Positions 1 through 16,909 of a DNA stretch of 64,000 nucleotides are shown here, one piece after another. A model generated the notes under the pieces. The model worked only from the letters and a program-made list of their open reading frames with translations, searched no databases and was not told the DNA's origin. The first letter of the stretch is position 1; every line of letters begins with the position of its first letter. Source of the stretch: the human T2T-CHM13v2.0 reference genome, Homo sapiens; assembly GCF_009914755.1 (NCBI RefSeq), contig NC_060929.1; one strand, 5' to 3'. The translations under genes were made by a program, and so were the position numbers.

Positions 1-34
1 AAAAAGATAGGTGATAACTCTTCAGCTAACATTA

Positions 35-215
35 ATCAGGCTCTGTGTGCATGACTTGACTTGTTATTTCTTATATATGTACAAACTCATTTAATACTCA
101 TAACCCTACATGTACATAGTTTTGATGACCTATTTTACAGATGGGAAAACTGAGACCCAGAGAAGTTAAACAACTCCCCCAAGGTTAGAATCTGATAGTT
201 GCTAGAATCTGGCGA
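35..215 (-). mobile_element. MIR SINE fragment
   Basis: MIR core motif 'tattttacagatgggaaaactgagacccagagaagttaaacaact'. Confidence 0.75.
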
Positions 216-371
216 ATGCAGATGTGTTTCAAATTATATTCGTTATTATAATTATATTTCTTATTTGTTAAATAAAAACACATGGGGGTCCAAGATGGCG
301 GACTAGAAGCCACTAGTATGCCACGGTGCTCATGGAGAGAAATAAAAGGGGTATGTAAATACTACATTTTC

Positions 372-3148
<2,777 letters not shown>

Positions 3149-4267
3149 TCAAGAAAACAACTCGAGCCACAGATAAAGCAGAGGAGCAAGGCAAAATGAC
3201 TGTCCACCCTGGAGTGACATGGAGCTAGGGGAGGCTCTCCTGCCCAGGGAAACAGAGAGTGAATGAGAGACCGCGGGGACTTATGCTTCTTCCACTGATC
3301 TTTGCAACCCGGGGGTCAGGAGATCCCCTCACTTGACTTACTCCACCAGGACCTTCAGTCTGACATGCACAGCTACCTAGAGTCTTAGCAGAGACACCTC
3401 TATGGTACATTTGGAGTCACCACACATCCTAGCAGTAGCAGCTGCCGCTCTGGCAGAGGGGGTGGTTAAAGTCCTATACATGCCCACAGGAAAGAGGCTG
3501 AATCCAGGGGGCTGAGCAGTGATGGTCTGCAGGTCTGGCTTCCAGGGCAGCTCACAGGATAAGACCCACTGTCCTGGGACTTCAGCCAGACTCCAGTAGC
3601 AGCCCTGAGCTCCCTGAGACAGAGCTCCCAGAGGGAAAGATGGGCTGCTATCTTTGCTGTTTCACAGCCTTGGCTGTTGTAGTCTTCAGCGCAGCTGCCC
3701 TACGAAAAAGGAGTCAGCCTGCTTTTTTATGCGAGTCCCTGATGAAATTTCTCCTCACTGGGCAGGACCAGGGTCTCCAGTCACCCTTTGCTGGTGTTTT
3801 CAGCAGCCCCATCCCCCCGTGGGTTGGAGCTCCCAGAGGGAGGGGCAGGTCATCATCTTTGCTGTTTTGCAGCCTTAGCTGTTGTTTGCCTTCAGCATTT
3901 AGGGAGTACGAGGTGACTAGGGACTGGAGCAGACCCCCAGCACAGCACTGCTGCCCTTTGAAAATGCAGTCAGACTGCAAAAAAACAACAACAACAACAT
4001 AAAAAAACAACTGTGGGTCACCTATCTTATTTCTCCTCACTGGGCAGGACCACTCGCCTGGGTCTCAAACCACCCCCTGCTGAGGCTATCAAGCCAGTAG
4101 CAGCTCTGCACTTATCTAGGACAGAACTCCAAGTGGGAGGGACAAGCTGCCATCCTTGCTGTCTAGCAGCCCTTGCCTTTGCCATCTCCAAGCTTGGGAG
4201 AGTCTGGGGGGACAAGGGGCTGTTCTGGGCCCTCAGCACAGGGCAGCCGCCTCACAGAAAAGTTAAT

Positions 4268-4399
4268 GGACTGTCCTCCACACAGGTCCTGGTCCTCACT
4301 TCACCTCACTGAACAGGGTCACCTGACCTGGGACTGTCCTCCACACAGGTCCTGGTCCTCACTTCACCTCACTGAACAGGGTCACCTGACCTGGGACTG
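4268..4399 (+). repeat. Perfect 63-bp tandem duplication
   Basis: 4268-4330 is identical to 4331-4393, and GGACTG recurs at 4394-4399. Confidence 0.95.
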
Positions 4400-7300
4400 G
4401 AGCACAAATACCCTGTCTCTGTCTGATTACTTCAGTGAGTGTCAGCTCAGAATTTCTGAGGAGAAAATTCCAAAATCAAGCCACAAACCCTCTGGCAGTA
4501 CAGCCCTAACAGCCCTTGAGCTGAGGAAAGAACAAAGGGCCTAGTCTCTAAGCTGGCTCTGCCAGCACAAAGCAGGCACCATATGGAGAGGAGTCCAGCC
4601 CCTCTACCCTGGGAACCTGCACCCTCACTCTTAAGACAGGACCCCTGGTGCAAAACCACAGAACAGCCACCTCTACCAGTGGCTGAACATGCCCAGCAGA
4701 AGTGGCTCTGAGATTTTCTATGGTAAGGCTCCTAGAGCCAACTGACTATCCCTCTGCCACTGCCATAGCAGTGGTCCTTCCCCTGCTGCCCTCAGCCTGG
4801 GGAAGAAACAAAAAGCCTGAAGGCTGCACTCAAGCTTACAGCATGCCACAGATACCATATGAAAAGGAGCTCAGTCTCTCTTCCCTGTGAGCCCTGGAAC
4901 CCCTGCCACCCAACAAGCAGAGGCTCTAGTTCACACCAGCAGTGCAACTGCCCCAGTCCCCCGACTCAACACCGCCAGTAACAGCAACTCCATGTTGGAG
5001 GTGGAGTCACTCGAGGGGCCACTGAAAACCCCTCTGCCACTGCCTCTGCAGTGGTACTGCCCCTACTATTCTCTTGAAAGAGCAAAGATCCTAAATGCTG
5101 TATCTTAGCCCCAGCAAGCTGCAGTCAACACAAAGAGAGGAGGCCAGTCTGTCTCCCATGGGCTGCAGCCCTGCTCCCCCTTGCTCATCAATAGGCAGGG
5201 CCTCCCTGGCTTGGACAGACAACAGAGAATCCCATCCCAGGCTGATTGCACTGAGTGATTGATGCTCTGAAACTATCTGGGATAGAGCCCAGACAAGTGC
5301 AAGACCCTTGGCCACAACCACTGCTAAGGTCTTTTCCTCTGCTGCCTCTAAGTTGAGAAGGGAACATAAACATTGAAATCACCCCAGACCTGTGATGAGC
5401 AGCCTGGAAGTGCCAAGCTGTTGTCTACAGCCAGTACTCAAGTAGGAGGGGAGCCCACACCTTCAGAGCATTGAGAGGGAGCATAGCTGCAATTGTGGAG
5501 AAATATAGGGGAGCCACATGACTGAACAAGAGCCTATTACTAATCATTACACCTAAGTGTCACCTACTGGATCATATCCTAAAACTTCAATACCAAGAAT
5601 ACTTTGCTAACATACCCCTGAGATACAAAAGACAAAAAAGTCAACTACGAATAAAGACCCTGTGCAAAGCTTTGGCTCTGTGAAAACACCCAGAAAAGAT
5701 ACTGCAGCTAAAGGAACACTCACACACAGAGATGAGAAAGAACAAAATCAAGAACTCCAGCAACTCAAATGGCCAGAGTATCTTCATAACCTCCAAATGA
5801 CTGCATTAGTTCTCCAGCAAGGGTTCTTAACAGATCTGAGATGGCTGAAGTGACAGAAATAGAATTGAAAATGTGGATAAAAACAAAAATCATTGAGATT
5901 CAGGAGAATGGCAAAACCCAATCCAAGTAAACTAAGAATAACAATAAAATGATATAGGAACTGACAGAGAAAATAGCCAATGTAAATAGTAAAAGAACCT
6001 AACTGACCTAATACAGTTGTAAAACACACTACAAGAATTTTATAATGGAATCAGAAGTATTAAGAGCAGAATAGACCAAGCTGAGGAAAGAATCTCAAAG
6101 ATTAAAGACAAGCTCTCTGACATAAGACAGAACAAAATAAAGAAAGAAGAATAAAAATAAACAAACAAAAGCTCCAAGAAATATGGGATTATGTAAAGAG
6201 GTCAAATCTATGAATCATTGGTGTTCTGGAAAGGGATGGGAAAAAAATAAACAAATTGGAAAATGTGTTTTTGGATGTTGTCCATGAAAACTTCCCCAAC
6301 CTCAACAGAAAGCTAAACATTAAAATTCAGGAAATACAGAGAACCCTGGCAAGATACTACAAAGAAGATCATCCCCAAGACACATAGTCATCAGACTTCC
6401 CAAGATCAAAATGAAAGAAAAAATGTTAAAGGCAGCTAGGGAGAAAGGGCAGGTCACCTACGAAGGGAATCATATCAGTCTAACAATGGACCTGCCAGAA
6501 GAGATTGGGGGTCTATATTCAGCATTCTTAAAGAAAAAGTCAGTGATTGCAATCCTAATTTCAGACAAACAGACTTTAAACCAACAAAGACCAAAAAAGA
6601 AAAAGAAAGACATTAAACAATGGTAAAGGTCTCAATTCAATGAGACACAATTATCCTAAATATATATGCATCCAACACAGAAGCACCCGTATTCATAAAA
6701 CCAGTTCTTAGAGATCTTCAAAGAGACTTAGACTCCCACACAATAATATTTGAAGACTACAACACCCCACTGAGTATATTAGAGAGATTATTGAGGCTGA
6801 AAATTAACAAAGATATTCAGGATCTGGACTTAACACTAGACCAAATGGACCTAATAGACATCTTCGGAACTCTTCACCCAAAACTAACAATATTTACAGT
6901 CTTCTCATCGTTACATGGCACATACTCTAAAATCAACCACACACTTAGACATAAAATAGTCCTCAGCAAATGCAAAAACAACAAAATCATACCACCCATG
7001 CCCTTCGAACACCGTACAATAAAAATAAAATTCAAGACTAAGAAAATCACTCAACTAATACAATTACATAGAAATTGAACAATCTGCTTCTGAATAACTT
7101 TTAGGTAAATAATAAAATTAAGGCAGTGACAAGAAATTCTTCGAAATTAGTGCAGACAAAGATAATACACCAGAATATCTGGGACACAGCTAAGGGAGTG
7201 TAAAGAGGACAATTTATAGCACTAAATGACCACATCAAGAATTTAGAAGGACCTCAAATTAACAACCTAACATCAAAACTAAAAGAAGTAGAAAAAGAAG

Positions 7301-10005
7301 AGCAAACCAGACCCAACACTAGCAGAAGACAAGAATTAACCAAAATCAGAGTTGAACTGAAGAAGACTGAGACATGGAAAAACATTCAAAAGATCAACAA
7401 ATCTAGGAATTCAGTTTTTGAAAAAATTAGTAAGATCCCTAGCTAGACTAATGAAAAAAAGAGAGAAGATCCAAATAAACACAATTAGAATCAACAAAGT
7501 GGATCATATCACGTACCTCACAGAAATACAAATAACCATCAGCAAATACCATGAACATTTCTATGCACACAAACTAGAATATCTAGTAGAAATTGATTAA
7601 TTCCTGGATACCTACATCCTTCCAACTGAATCATGGAGAAATTGAATCCCTGAACACACCAATAACAAGCTCCAAAAATTAATCAATAAATAGCCTATCC
7701 ACCCAAAAAGTATAGGACTAGACGGATTCAGAGTTAAATTCTACCAGAGGTACAAAGAAAAGCTGGTATAATGCCTACTGAGACTATTCCAAAAAATTGA
7801 GTATGAAGTTCTGCTTCCCAACTTATTCTATGAGGCCAGCATCATCTTTTTATCAAAACCTGACAGAGACACAACAACAACAACTTCAGGCCAATATCCT
7901 TGATGAACATAGATGCAAAAGTCTTCAACAAGATGCTAGTAAACTGAATCCAGCAGCATATCAAAAAGCTAATCCACTGTAATCAAGTAAGCTTTATCCT
8001 AGAGATGCAATGTTGTTGGTTCAACACACGTAAATCAATAAATATGATTCATCACACAAACAAAATTAAAGGCAAAAACCACGTGATTATCTCAATAAAT
8101 GCAGAAAATGCTTTTGATAAAATTAAACATCCTTTCATGTTAAAAATTCTCCATAAACTAGATATTGAATGAGCATACCTCAAAATAATAGGGGGAATGT
8201 ATGACAGACCCACAGCCAATATCGTACTGAATGGGCAAAAGCTAGAAGCAGTCCTCTTGAAAACCCACACAAATACAAGGATGCCCTCTCTCACCACTCC
8301 TACTCAACATAGTATTGGAAGTCCTGACCAGGGCAATCGAGAAAGAGAAAGAAATAAAGAGCATCCAAATAGGAAGAGAGGAAGTCAAATTATCTCTTTT
8401 TGCAGACAACATGATTCTATAGCTTGAAAAACCCATAATCTTGGCCCAAAAGCTCCTAGATTTGATAAACAACTTCAGCAAAGTTTCAGGATACAAAATT
8501 GATGTACAATCAGTAGTATTCCTATACACCAGCAACAGCCAAGTCAAGAGCCAAATCAGGAATGAAATCCCATTCACAATTGCCACAAAAAGAAGAAAAT
8601 GCTAAAGGAACCAGGGATCTCTACAATGATAATTAGAAAACATTGCTCAAAGAAATGAAAAATGATACAAACAAATGAATAAAAATTTTGTGCTCATAAG
8701 TACCAAGAACACATAGTGTTAAAATGGCCATAGTGACCAAAGCAATTTACAGATTCAATGCTGTTTCTATCAAAATATCGGTGACATTCTTTACAGAAGT
8801 AGAAAAAAAAGTATTTTAACATTCACATGGACCCAAAAAAGAGCTTGAATAGCCAAGGCAATCCTAAGCAAGAAGAACAAAGCTGGAGGTATCATGCTAC
8901 CCAACTTCAAGCTATACTGCAGGGATACAATTACCAAAACAGCATGGTACTGGTACAAAAACAGACACATAGATCAGTGGAACAGAATGGAGAGCCTGGA
9001 CATAATGCCACACACCTACAACCATCTGATCTTTGAGAAAGCACACAAAAATGAGCAATGGTGAAAGAACTCCCTATTCAATAAGTGGTGCTGAGATAAC
9101 TTGCATATGCAGAAGATTGAAACTGGACGCCTTCCTTACACAAAAAGGAAACATTTTTGCAAACCATGCATCTGACAAAGGTATAATATCCAGCATCTAT
9201 AAGGAATTTAAACAAATTTACAAGAAGAAGGCAAACAACCTCATTAAAAAGTAGCCAGAGGGCATAGACAGGCACTTTTCAAAAGAGGTATACATGCTGC
9301 CAACAAGCATATGAAAAAAGTTCAGTATCACTAATTATTAGAGAAATGCAAATCAAAACCATACTGAGATATCATCTCACACCATCTAAAATGGCTACCA
9401 AAAAAGTAAAAAAAAAAAAAACAAACAGATGCTGGCGAGGTTGTGTAGAAAAGGGAATGATTATACACTGTTGATGGTAGTGTAAATTAGTTCAGTCATT
9501 GGGGAAAGAAGTATGGTGATTCCTCAAAGAGCTAAAAACAGAATTACCATTCAACCAAGCTATCCAGGGTATATACCCAAAGGAATATAATCATTTTACT
9601 ATAAATCAAATACTGGATGTATACCCAAAGGAATATAAATCATTCTACCATGAATTCTCATGCATGCATATGTTCATTGTAGCACTGTTCATTATAGAAA
9701 GACATGAAAACCACCTAAATTCCCATCGATGGATAAAGAAAATGTGGTACATATACAACATGGAATACTGTGCAGCCATAAAAAAATAATGAGATCAGGT
9801 TCTTGGCAGGAACACGGATGGAGCTGGAAGCTATTATTCTAAGCAAGCTAATGCAGGAACAGAAAACCAAACACTGCATATTCTCACTTATAAATTGGAG
9901 CTAAGTGATGAAAACACGTGGACATAAAGAGGGGAACAACAGACACAGGAGTTTACTTGAGGGTGGACAGTGGGAGGAGAGAGGATAAGAAAAAATAGCT
10001 ACTGG

Positions 10006-10350
10006 GGCCAGGCATCAGTGACTCACGCCCTAAATCCCAGCAATTTGGGAGACCAAGGTGGGCAGATCGCTCAAGCTCAGAAGTTGAAGACCAGACTAGA
10101 CAACATGGCGAAACCCTATCTCTACAAAAAATACAGTAATTAGCTGGGTGTGGTGGTTTATGCCTGCAGTCTCAGCTACTCAGGAGGCTGAGGTGGGAGG
10201 ATCAATCGAACCCAGGAAGTGGAGGTTGCAGTGAGCCAAGATTGTGCCACTGCTCTCCAGCCTGGATGACAGAGTGACACCCTGTCTCAAAAAAATAAAT
10301 TAAAAAATAAAATAAAATAAAACAAAATAAAATAAAAAAATACAAAAAAA
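10006..10350 (+). mobile_element. AluJ inside the L1PA15/16 3'UTR
   Basis: Dimeric Alu with J-type GGAGGATC and GACACCCTGTCTC, (TAAAA)n tail; L1 3'UTR resumes after it. Confidence 0.9.
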
Positions 10351-10854
10351 GAAAATAAATATTGGGTACTAAGTTTAGTACCAGGGTGACAAAATAATCT
10401 GTACACCAAATCCCTGTGACATGAATTTACCTATATAACAAACCTACACATGTACCTCCGAATGTAAAATAAGTTTAAAAAAAGAAATGCATAAAGTTCA
10501 CTAATCAATTAAAATATGAAATATTAATTATTTGAATTAAAGTATTTGATTTGTCATACATCACAATATCTAAGTTATGTATATCCCATGATAAAAATGA
10601 CCTTTTCTACACACTATCAAACAATGTTATAACAGCTAAATATTACTTTGTATTGATTGCCAAATCATCACCTAAAGAAGAACTGTTTCTATAAGGCAAA
10701 ATCATTCAATCCAACACATTTTCTGTGATTGAAATCTATTAAAATAATAATCAGTAATTATCTGAAAAATGAGAATATTAATATATCATTACTGAAATAA
10801 ATAATAGATTAGCTAAAAATTTAATTTTTAATAATGTGTTCTGTAAAGGAGTTA

Positions 10855-11070
10855 TTGTGTATAACAAAAGAGCTTAGAATTTAAAGCTGCTTGAATCTGT
10901 TTCTAGATAAAGAATTCTGATTACTTCAGCATCTGTGAATGTTTATATCCTTATCTATAAAGTGGATATATTAAGACATACAATATAGGATTGTTGAGAG
11001 AATTTAAAGGGCATGAGAAAAACAATGTTAGCAGTTCATGATGCACGTCACATGGTCAATAAATGCTACT
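10855..11070 (+). mobile_element. MIR fragment
   Basis: 'atccttatctataaagtgg...ataggattgttgagagaatttaaa...tcaataaatgctact'. Confidence 0.55.
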
Positions 11071-11479
11071 CTCAATGGAGCCTGAGTTTAGAGCCTAAAG
11101 GAGACAACTCTATTCATAAAGCAAGAAGCCCAGATTTTCAGATATTCTCAACTTCTCTCTCACTACTCAGATTAAAATTAATTTAGTTTCTATTACACTT
11201 TAGGTCAGCATTTTCCTTCGTATCACAAATATCTTTTAAGATATATAAATTGTTCAAAGAAAAACTAGGTTGAAATTAAATATATCAGGAACTTTATTTG
11301 GAATTACAAATGTTTTGTTCATTGGATTGTCTTTTATTATTAAAACACTAGAGAAATAATATTAAAAAATAAATTCCCACATCTGATCAACCTGACAACC
11401 TAATGAAATATCACAAATACTTACATCAAATAGAACTGACTCATTCCTAAGATTGGAGCACTAGTTAATGACAGACAAC

Positions 11480-11705
11480 AGAGCTTAGTGTATGAGATTC
11501 CAGTTTCTGAAACATTGGATCGTGTGTCTTGAAACACAGCTTCACCACTTACGGAACGATCCTTGCTGCATTGCTTGAATTTGCTTCTTCTCAGTACTGG
11601 GCATCATCAAAATAACTACCTAAATATTTTGAGGATTCGATTAGATAATTTACTCAAATCACACAACAAAGTTGCTGTAACAGAATAAAATCACAATAAA
11701 TTCAT
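11480..11705 (+). mobile_element. MIR fragment
   Basis: 'cagcttcaccacttac...tttgaggattcgattagataat'. Confidence 0.5.
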
Positions 11706-13561
11706 TAATTTGGCATGTGCTATTCCCTAGGCTATCTTATTTATGTTTAATTTCCCTTAAGTCACTTGAACTGTGTGTGAACAATGTTTTTTTGACCAAA
11801 GAAGAGATTTATTCCATATACAGATGAAAGGAATCCAGTTTTCTGTTGCACGGCTTCCTTTAGAAGAGAGAGAGGCCATTTAATTAATAAGTATTATTCT
11901 GTATATACTGCCTGTAAAATACTAGCATCACTATAATGAGCAGATCTAAAGGAAATTTTCCTTAAGATCACTGACTTCAACTTTCAAAGATAATACATAT
12001 ATATAATAATTAAATAGCCTATGAGTATTTGGTAAAAACAATAACAAGACATGATATAAGCTAATAAAAACAATTGTCTTATATTCAACATTGTAAATAA
12101 ATGTTTTATTTTAATGTAAAGTAAATTCATTATGGTTTGGAAATAATAAAGTTTTATGGACAATTTGGCTCTCAAATAGTCTGCAAGCAATTTATCTTTA
12201 GTTATTCATATAACAGGAGTCATCTTTGATATGAATTGTCTACATTTATCAAAAGTTTTTTTTACCATTAATAATTGAAGAGATGGGAAAGAAACTATAT
12301 GTGAAATGTTAATGTAATGATAATTTCATGAATAAGCCTTACTCTGGGGCAAATCTTAGATAACATTGAACCCATTCAATCACATGGTCCAGTGGATTAA
12401 ATGATTTTAACCTTTCTACAATTTTCTTTACTTTTCCTAATAGAGATTTATTAAGTACTATACTCAAAACCTTAAATAATTGCACAAAGCCTATCTTGTT
12501 TTAAGAAATTAAGCCATAATGACTCATCTAAATTTATCATATTTGAGTAATATAACCAGTTGCTCACACACACTGGGAGCACAGTGTTTCTGGTGTGATC
12601 CTATTCTAAAATCCTGTTTGTGAAACCCCTCATAGATATACTACTTGCAGTTTGATGGATTACACCTCAAAGATACATTTATTAAAAACCTGCTAAGTGC
12701 CAGATAAAGCCCAAATAGACCCATTTCTTTTTTTTTGTCATACTTAAAAATCATTTTGCCTCCCTGTATCCTCACTTGTTTTTTCCTGCTTTTCTTTCCA
12801 TGCCACCCACTTTAGTGAGTTATATGTGAATAATTATTCAAGAAAAAAGGTTTATACCCCTGGAGGGTGAAGAATAGTGTTCTTAACATATTAATTATCA
12901 AGTATGGTTTCCAATGCAGAAAAAGGCTTTTAAACATTAACACAGAAAATAAGCTTTTAGAATTTTTTTTTGTTAAACAGAATAAAATTTAAATTGTATT
13001 TCTTGAATAAATGAAATGAGTAAAAATGAGCAGATTTTAAAAGCTGTCCTGTTGGAGAAGTTCTGTGACCAACTAGAAATGTATTGAAGGTCATGAATTT
13101 TTTTATTTGTAATGAATGTTGCATGGAATAATATTCTATAATTAGTTCTTAGAAATAATTCTTATTTTAAAAGTGTTAAATATTTTCCATAATGCACTTA
13201 TTACATATGCACATGTATAAAAAATACATATTTGTACATTTTCATGTATTTTGTTTCAGATATGGCAATATTTAGTCATTATTTATTTATGAATTTGACA
13301 TAATCTATGGACAACATTTGTTAGAAACTTTTCTAAATATGTAACACAATGAAAGTGATGCAGAAAAAAAGTCCATATTCATTCATATATAAATTATGGA
13401 GCTGCCAATAACACCTAATATGTAGGAGGATAAGTATAATTCTGTGTAGAAAAGATTTATTCAGGATCTCTAGCACATATTGTAAACCAGACATTTTTAT
13501 TGTCCTGGATTTACAAATAAAAATGTAGTTTTGATCTTTCATCTCTCTGGTGGCATTTATA

Positions 13562-13690
13562 TAATTAAAGCTTCCTGAGGGCAGAGGTGCTTGTCTGTTT
13601 TGTTCAGTGATAGATCTTCCAAACCTAGGACAATGCTTAGCACATAGTATAACTTAATAAATATTTGCTGAATGAATTAATGAATAAAAT
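13562..13690 (+). mobile_element. L2 3' end
   Basis: 'aagcttcctgagggcagagg...ttgtctgttttgttca...cacatagta...aataaatatttgctgaatgaat'. Confidence 0.8.
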
Positions 13691-14626
13691 ATGAGAAGAC
13701 AGGTAATCTTTCACATTTAAAGTAATGCAAAACTCTCTGTTTATTGTCACAAAATTCTGAAAGGGAGAGGGATGATCACCATTACACTCAAATACTGTGT
13801 TATCCTCTCTAGTACATTACACAGTTCTGAAATTTATAGTTTTCTTTTGTGCGGGTATAGGAAAAGGTCTGGTTTTAATTATGAGTGGGCTTAAAGGAGT
13901 TAAAAATAAAGTATGGATATAAAGAGCTTGCAGTTTTGCAAATTTTATAAGTATAAAACATAAATATTATTTTCCAAAGTGTGTCAGAATTCAAAATAAA
14001 ATGTTTTTGAAAAATGTAAAAGCTTTAATATCTTTGATTAATATGTTTGATCTACTGACTCTAAGGCCAGATTGAGACAAAACATATGTATTCCTTTTAT
14101 TATTTAAGTACAATTGATTTCTTACTCTTTGCTGATATTTATAAATGGAAATTAACACAAATAAATGAAGCATAAAATGGAAAGCAACTAACATAAACTG
14201 GAAAGAAATAAATGAACAATTAGTTTATATAAATTATCTGTCCTCAATTTTCATTGGATCAACCATAGGATAAACACATAATATGACTATATATCAACTC
14301 TATTATTTCGTTATTTGTGAGTGGGTGCTGAAGTATATGGGAGGTATGTAGAAAAAGTATTATAGGCAAAAAGGTCAACGTGTCTCTCTTATACTCAATA
14401 GCTGTAGTTGCTATTTTCTTCCACCTATTGCCCCAAGATTACTTCTTCCCTGACAAAATTTTGGCCAGAGAATATTATATAAAAACACTAGCCTTCTTAT
14501 TGCTCAGATCTGTGTTATCCTGGTCCTGTACTCAGCCTTCGCTGACACCTTGACCCTGAATTACATTATTTCCCTTTAAGTTCAGGCTTGAACTCCTTTA
14601 TATTCCTGGGCTGTTCTTCCAGATTA

Positions 14627-15146
14627 TAGACAGTCCCCAATTTGCCATGGTTTGACATAAAATTTTTGACTTTACTATGGTGTGAAAGCAATATGCATTC
14701 AGTAGAAACCGTACTTCTACTGAATGTAGGAATATGTAGATATAAATGTACATATATAGGAATTATATATCATTCTAAAAGTTTAATGATAGCTAGTAGC
14801 CTAACAGAAAGAATATATATATATATGTATATACATACATATACAATCATATGTATATATACACATATATATTCTATGTGTGTACCCAGGCAATCATTCT
14901 GTTTTTCACTTTAAGTATAGCTTTCAGTAAATTATATTAAACACTTTTTATTATAAATTATACTTTATATTCAATGATTTTGCCTAACTGTAGGATAATG
15001 TAAGTGTTCTGAGCATGTCTGAGTTATGTTAGGCTGAGTTATTATGTTCCATAGGTTAGGTGTATATAATGAAGTTTTTACTTACGATATTTTCAATTTA
15101 CAGTGGGTTTACCAGTCAAACCTCACTATATGTTGAGAAGCATCTA
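14627..15146 (-). mobile_element. MER47A (TcMar-Tigger DNA transposon) with a foreign insert at ~14718-14881
   Basis: Ends 'agacagtcccc...' and '...gagaagcatcta', flanking TA dinucleotides, internal 'cattcagtagaaaccgtacttc' and 'gtaagtgttctgagca'. Confidence 0.8.
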
Positions 15147-15723
15147 TAGATCCAAACACTCCAGTAAATCAATCATGTCTCTGAATTTCAGACTATGTGA
15201 CAAGAGTATTGAAATTCCAGCAAGTTTGTGTCTCTCCCTTCCCTTAGGTTACTGATTGCTATTTCTTATATTCCCAGCAACAGGCTATTGGGTTTGGAGT
15301 GAATTCTCAGAAACATCACTACTGACATAACTCCATAAAGAATTCATAATTTCTACTCACATGTTTTACCCACATCAATAACAGAATCTCAGGAAAACCA
15401 AAGTGGAGTTTACAATGTTCATTTTGACACTGTGCATTAGACTTCTCGACTTCAAGCTACAAAAACCAGCACAGAACCTGGAAAAATTTTACCTCCTGGC
15501 ATTTTTGTTTCTCTACCCTGATGCTTGTTGTTGAGTTTTACCCATGCTTTGACCATCAGCAAATTGAAGATAAGAAAAGGAATAAAGTTTATCAAAACAC
15601 AAGAAGCCACAATACTTTAATAGAGAATGCATATTTAAGTGTAGTAAGAAATAAGATACAATAGAACAGAGAGAAAATATTAAACACAATTTTAAGTAGC
15701 CAAAACATATCCTATGAGTTGAT

Positions 15724-16051
15724 AATTTATTATTTTTGATTATTATTTATTATTTATTTATCTATTTTTTGAGATGGAGTCTTGCTCTGTTACCCAGGCT
15801 GGAATGCAGTGGTGAAATCTCGGCTTACTGCAACCTTGGCATCCCAGGTTCAGGCAATTCTCCTGCCTCAGCCTCCTGAGTGGCTGGGATTACAGGCATG
15901 TGACACCATGGCTGGCTAATTTGTTTGTATTTTTAGTAGAGATGGGGTTTCACTGTGTTAGCCAGATGGTCTCCATCTCCTGACCTCGTGATCCGCCTGC
16001 CACGGCCTCCCAAAGAGCTGGGATTACAGGCGTGAGCCACCGCACCCGGTC
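15724..16051 (-). mobile_element. Alu (AluSc/Sc8-like)
   Basis: Full Alu with 'ctcgtgatcc' and 'gttagcca'; TSD ATGAGTTGAT at 15714-15723 and 16052-16061. Confidence 0.9.
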
Positions 16052-16277
16052 ATGAGTTGATCGTTTTAAACTGTTTTGTTTTTAAGTAAAAATCTAACAT
16101 AGTATAATATTTTTCCATATCAAATGGAGTTTTTAAAAATAAATGAGCAGATATTTTGTGATTAGCAGATTGGTTGAAAGAGGAAGTAGCTGAAGGCCAT
16201 AAAAAAACAGGAAAATATATTCATTCCAGATATTGAACAATAAGAGTATAAGTTAGAATAGTTCCTCTCTATTTCAC

Positions 16278-16460
16278 TAGGAATATGTACATATAAATTG
16301 TACATATATATGAATTATATATCATTCTAAAAGTTTAATGATAGCTAGTAGCCTAACAGAGATTTTATATATGTATGTATATGCATATGTATACAGTCAT
16401 ATGTATATATACACATATATATTCTGTGTGTGTGTGTGTGTGCGTGTGTGTATGTATATA
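16278..16460 (+). repeat. Donor copy of the segment duplicated at 14727-14883, ending in a (TG)n tract
   Basis: Shared exact core GAATTATATATCATTCTAAAAGTTTAATGATAGCTAGTAGCCTAACAGA. Confidence 0.9.
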
Positions 16461-16909
16461 TAATTAGAAAATATTGTGCCACTGCTTCTGGGAGAAATAC
16501 AGGGTTAATTTTCCTGTGAGCTGCTGGTGACGTTTTCATTTACTGATCAACAAATAACTTTGTTTTATGTGTGTTTCTTTTAAAATAGACCTTATTTCAT
16601 GTCCATTTTTCACAACTAATCAATTATATGCAGTGTTCCTGTATAATGGTAAATCACCAGCCTTTTTTTCTAACATTTCCCTGACCCTGGGTCACATGAC
16701 CTACAACTTCTTTGGCTTTCAGCCTTACAACAATGCTGTCCACTGAGCTTACTTATTGGTCATTATCTTATGAACCCACAAATTTAACCTCTTTCTATCT
16801 TTCCAATAGACTCATCACTCACTGCAGATGTTACTTTAAGACATTCTGGAGCAGCGTCATGTGCAGGTCAGTGAGTTTCCTGTTGCTTTTTTTGGGTGTA
16901 TCACTGGTA

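Noticed and set aside
4268-4399. Direct repeats as a CRISPR-like array
   Set aside because: Only two adjacent copies, no spacers, eukaryotic context
3225-5382. Cluster of 60-123 aa ORFs
   Set aside because: They lie in the GC-richer L1 5'UTR where stops are rare; no recognisable protein
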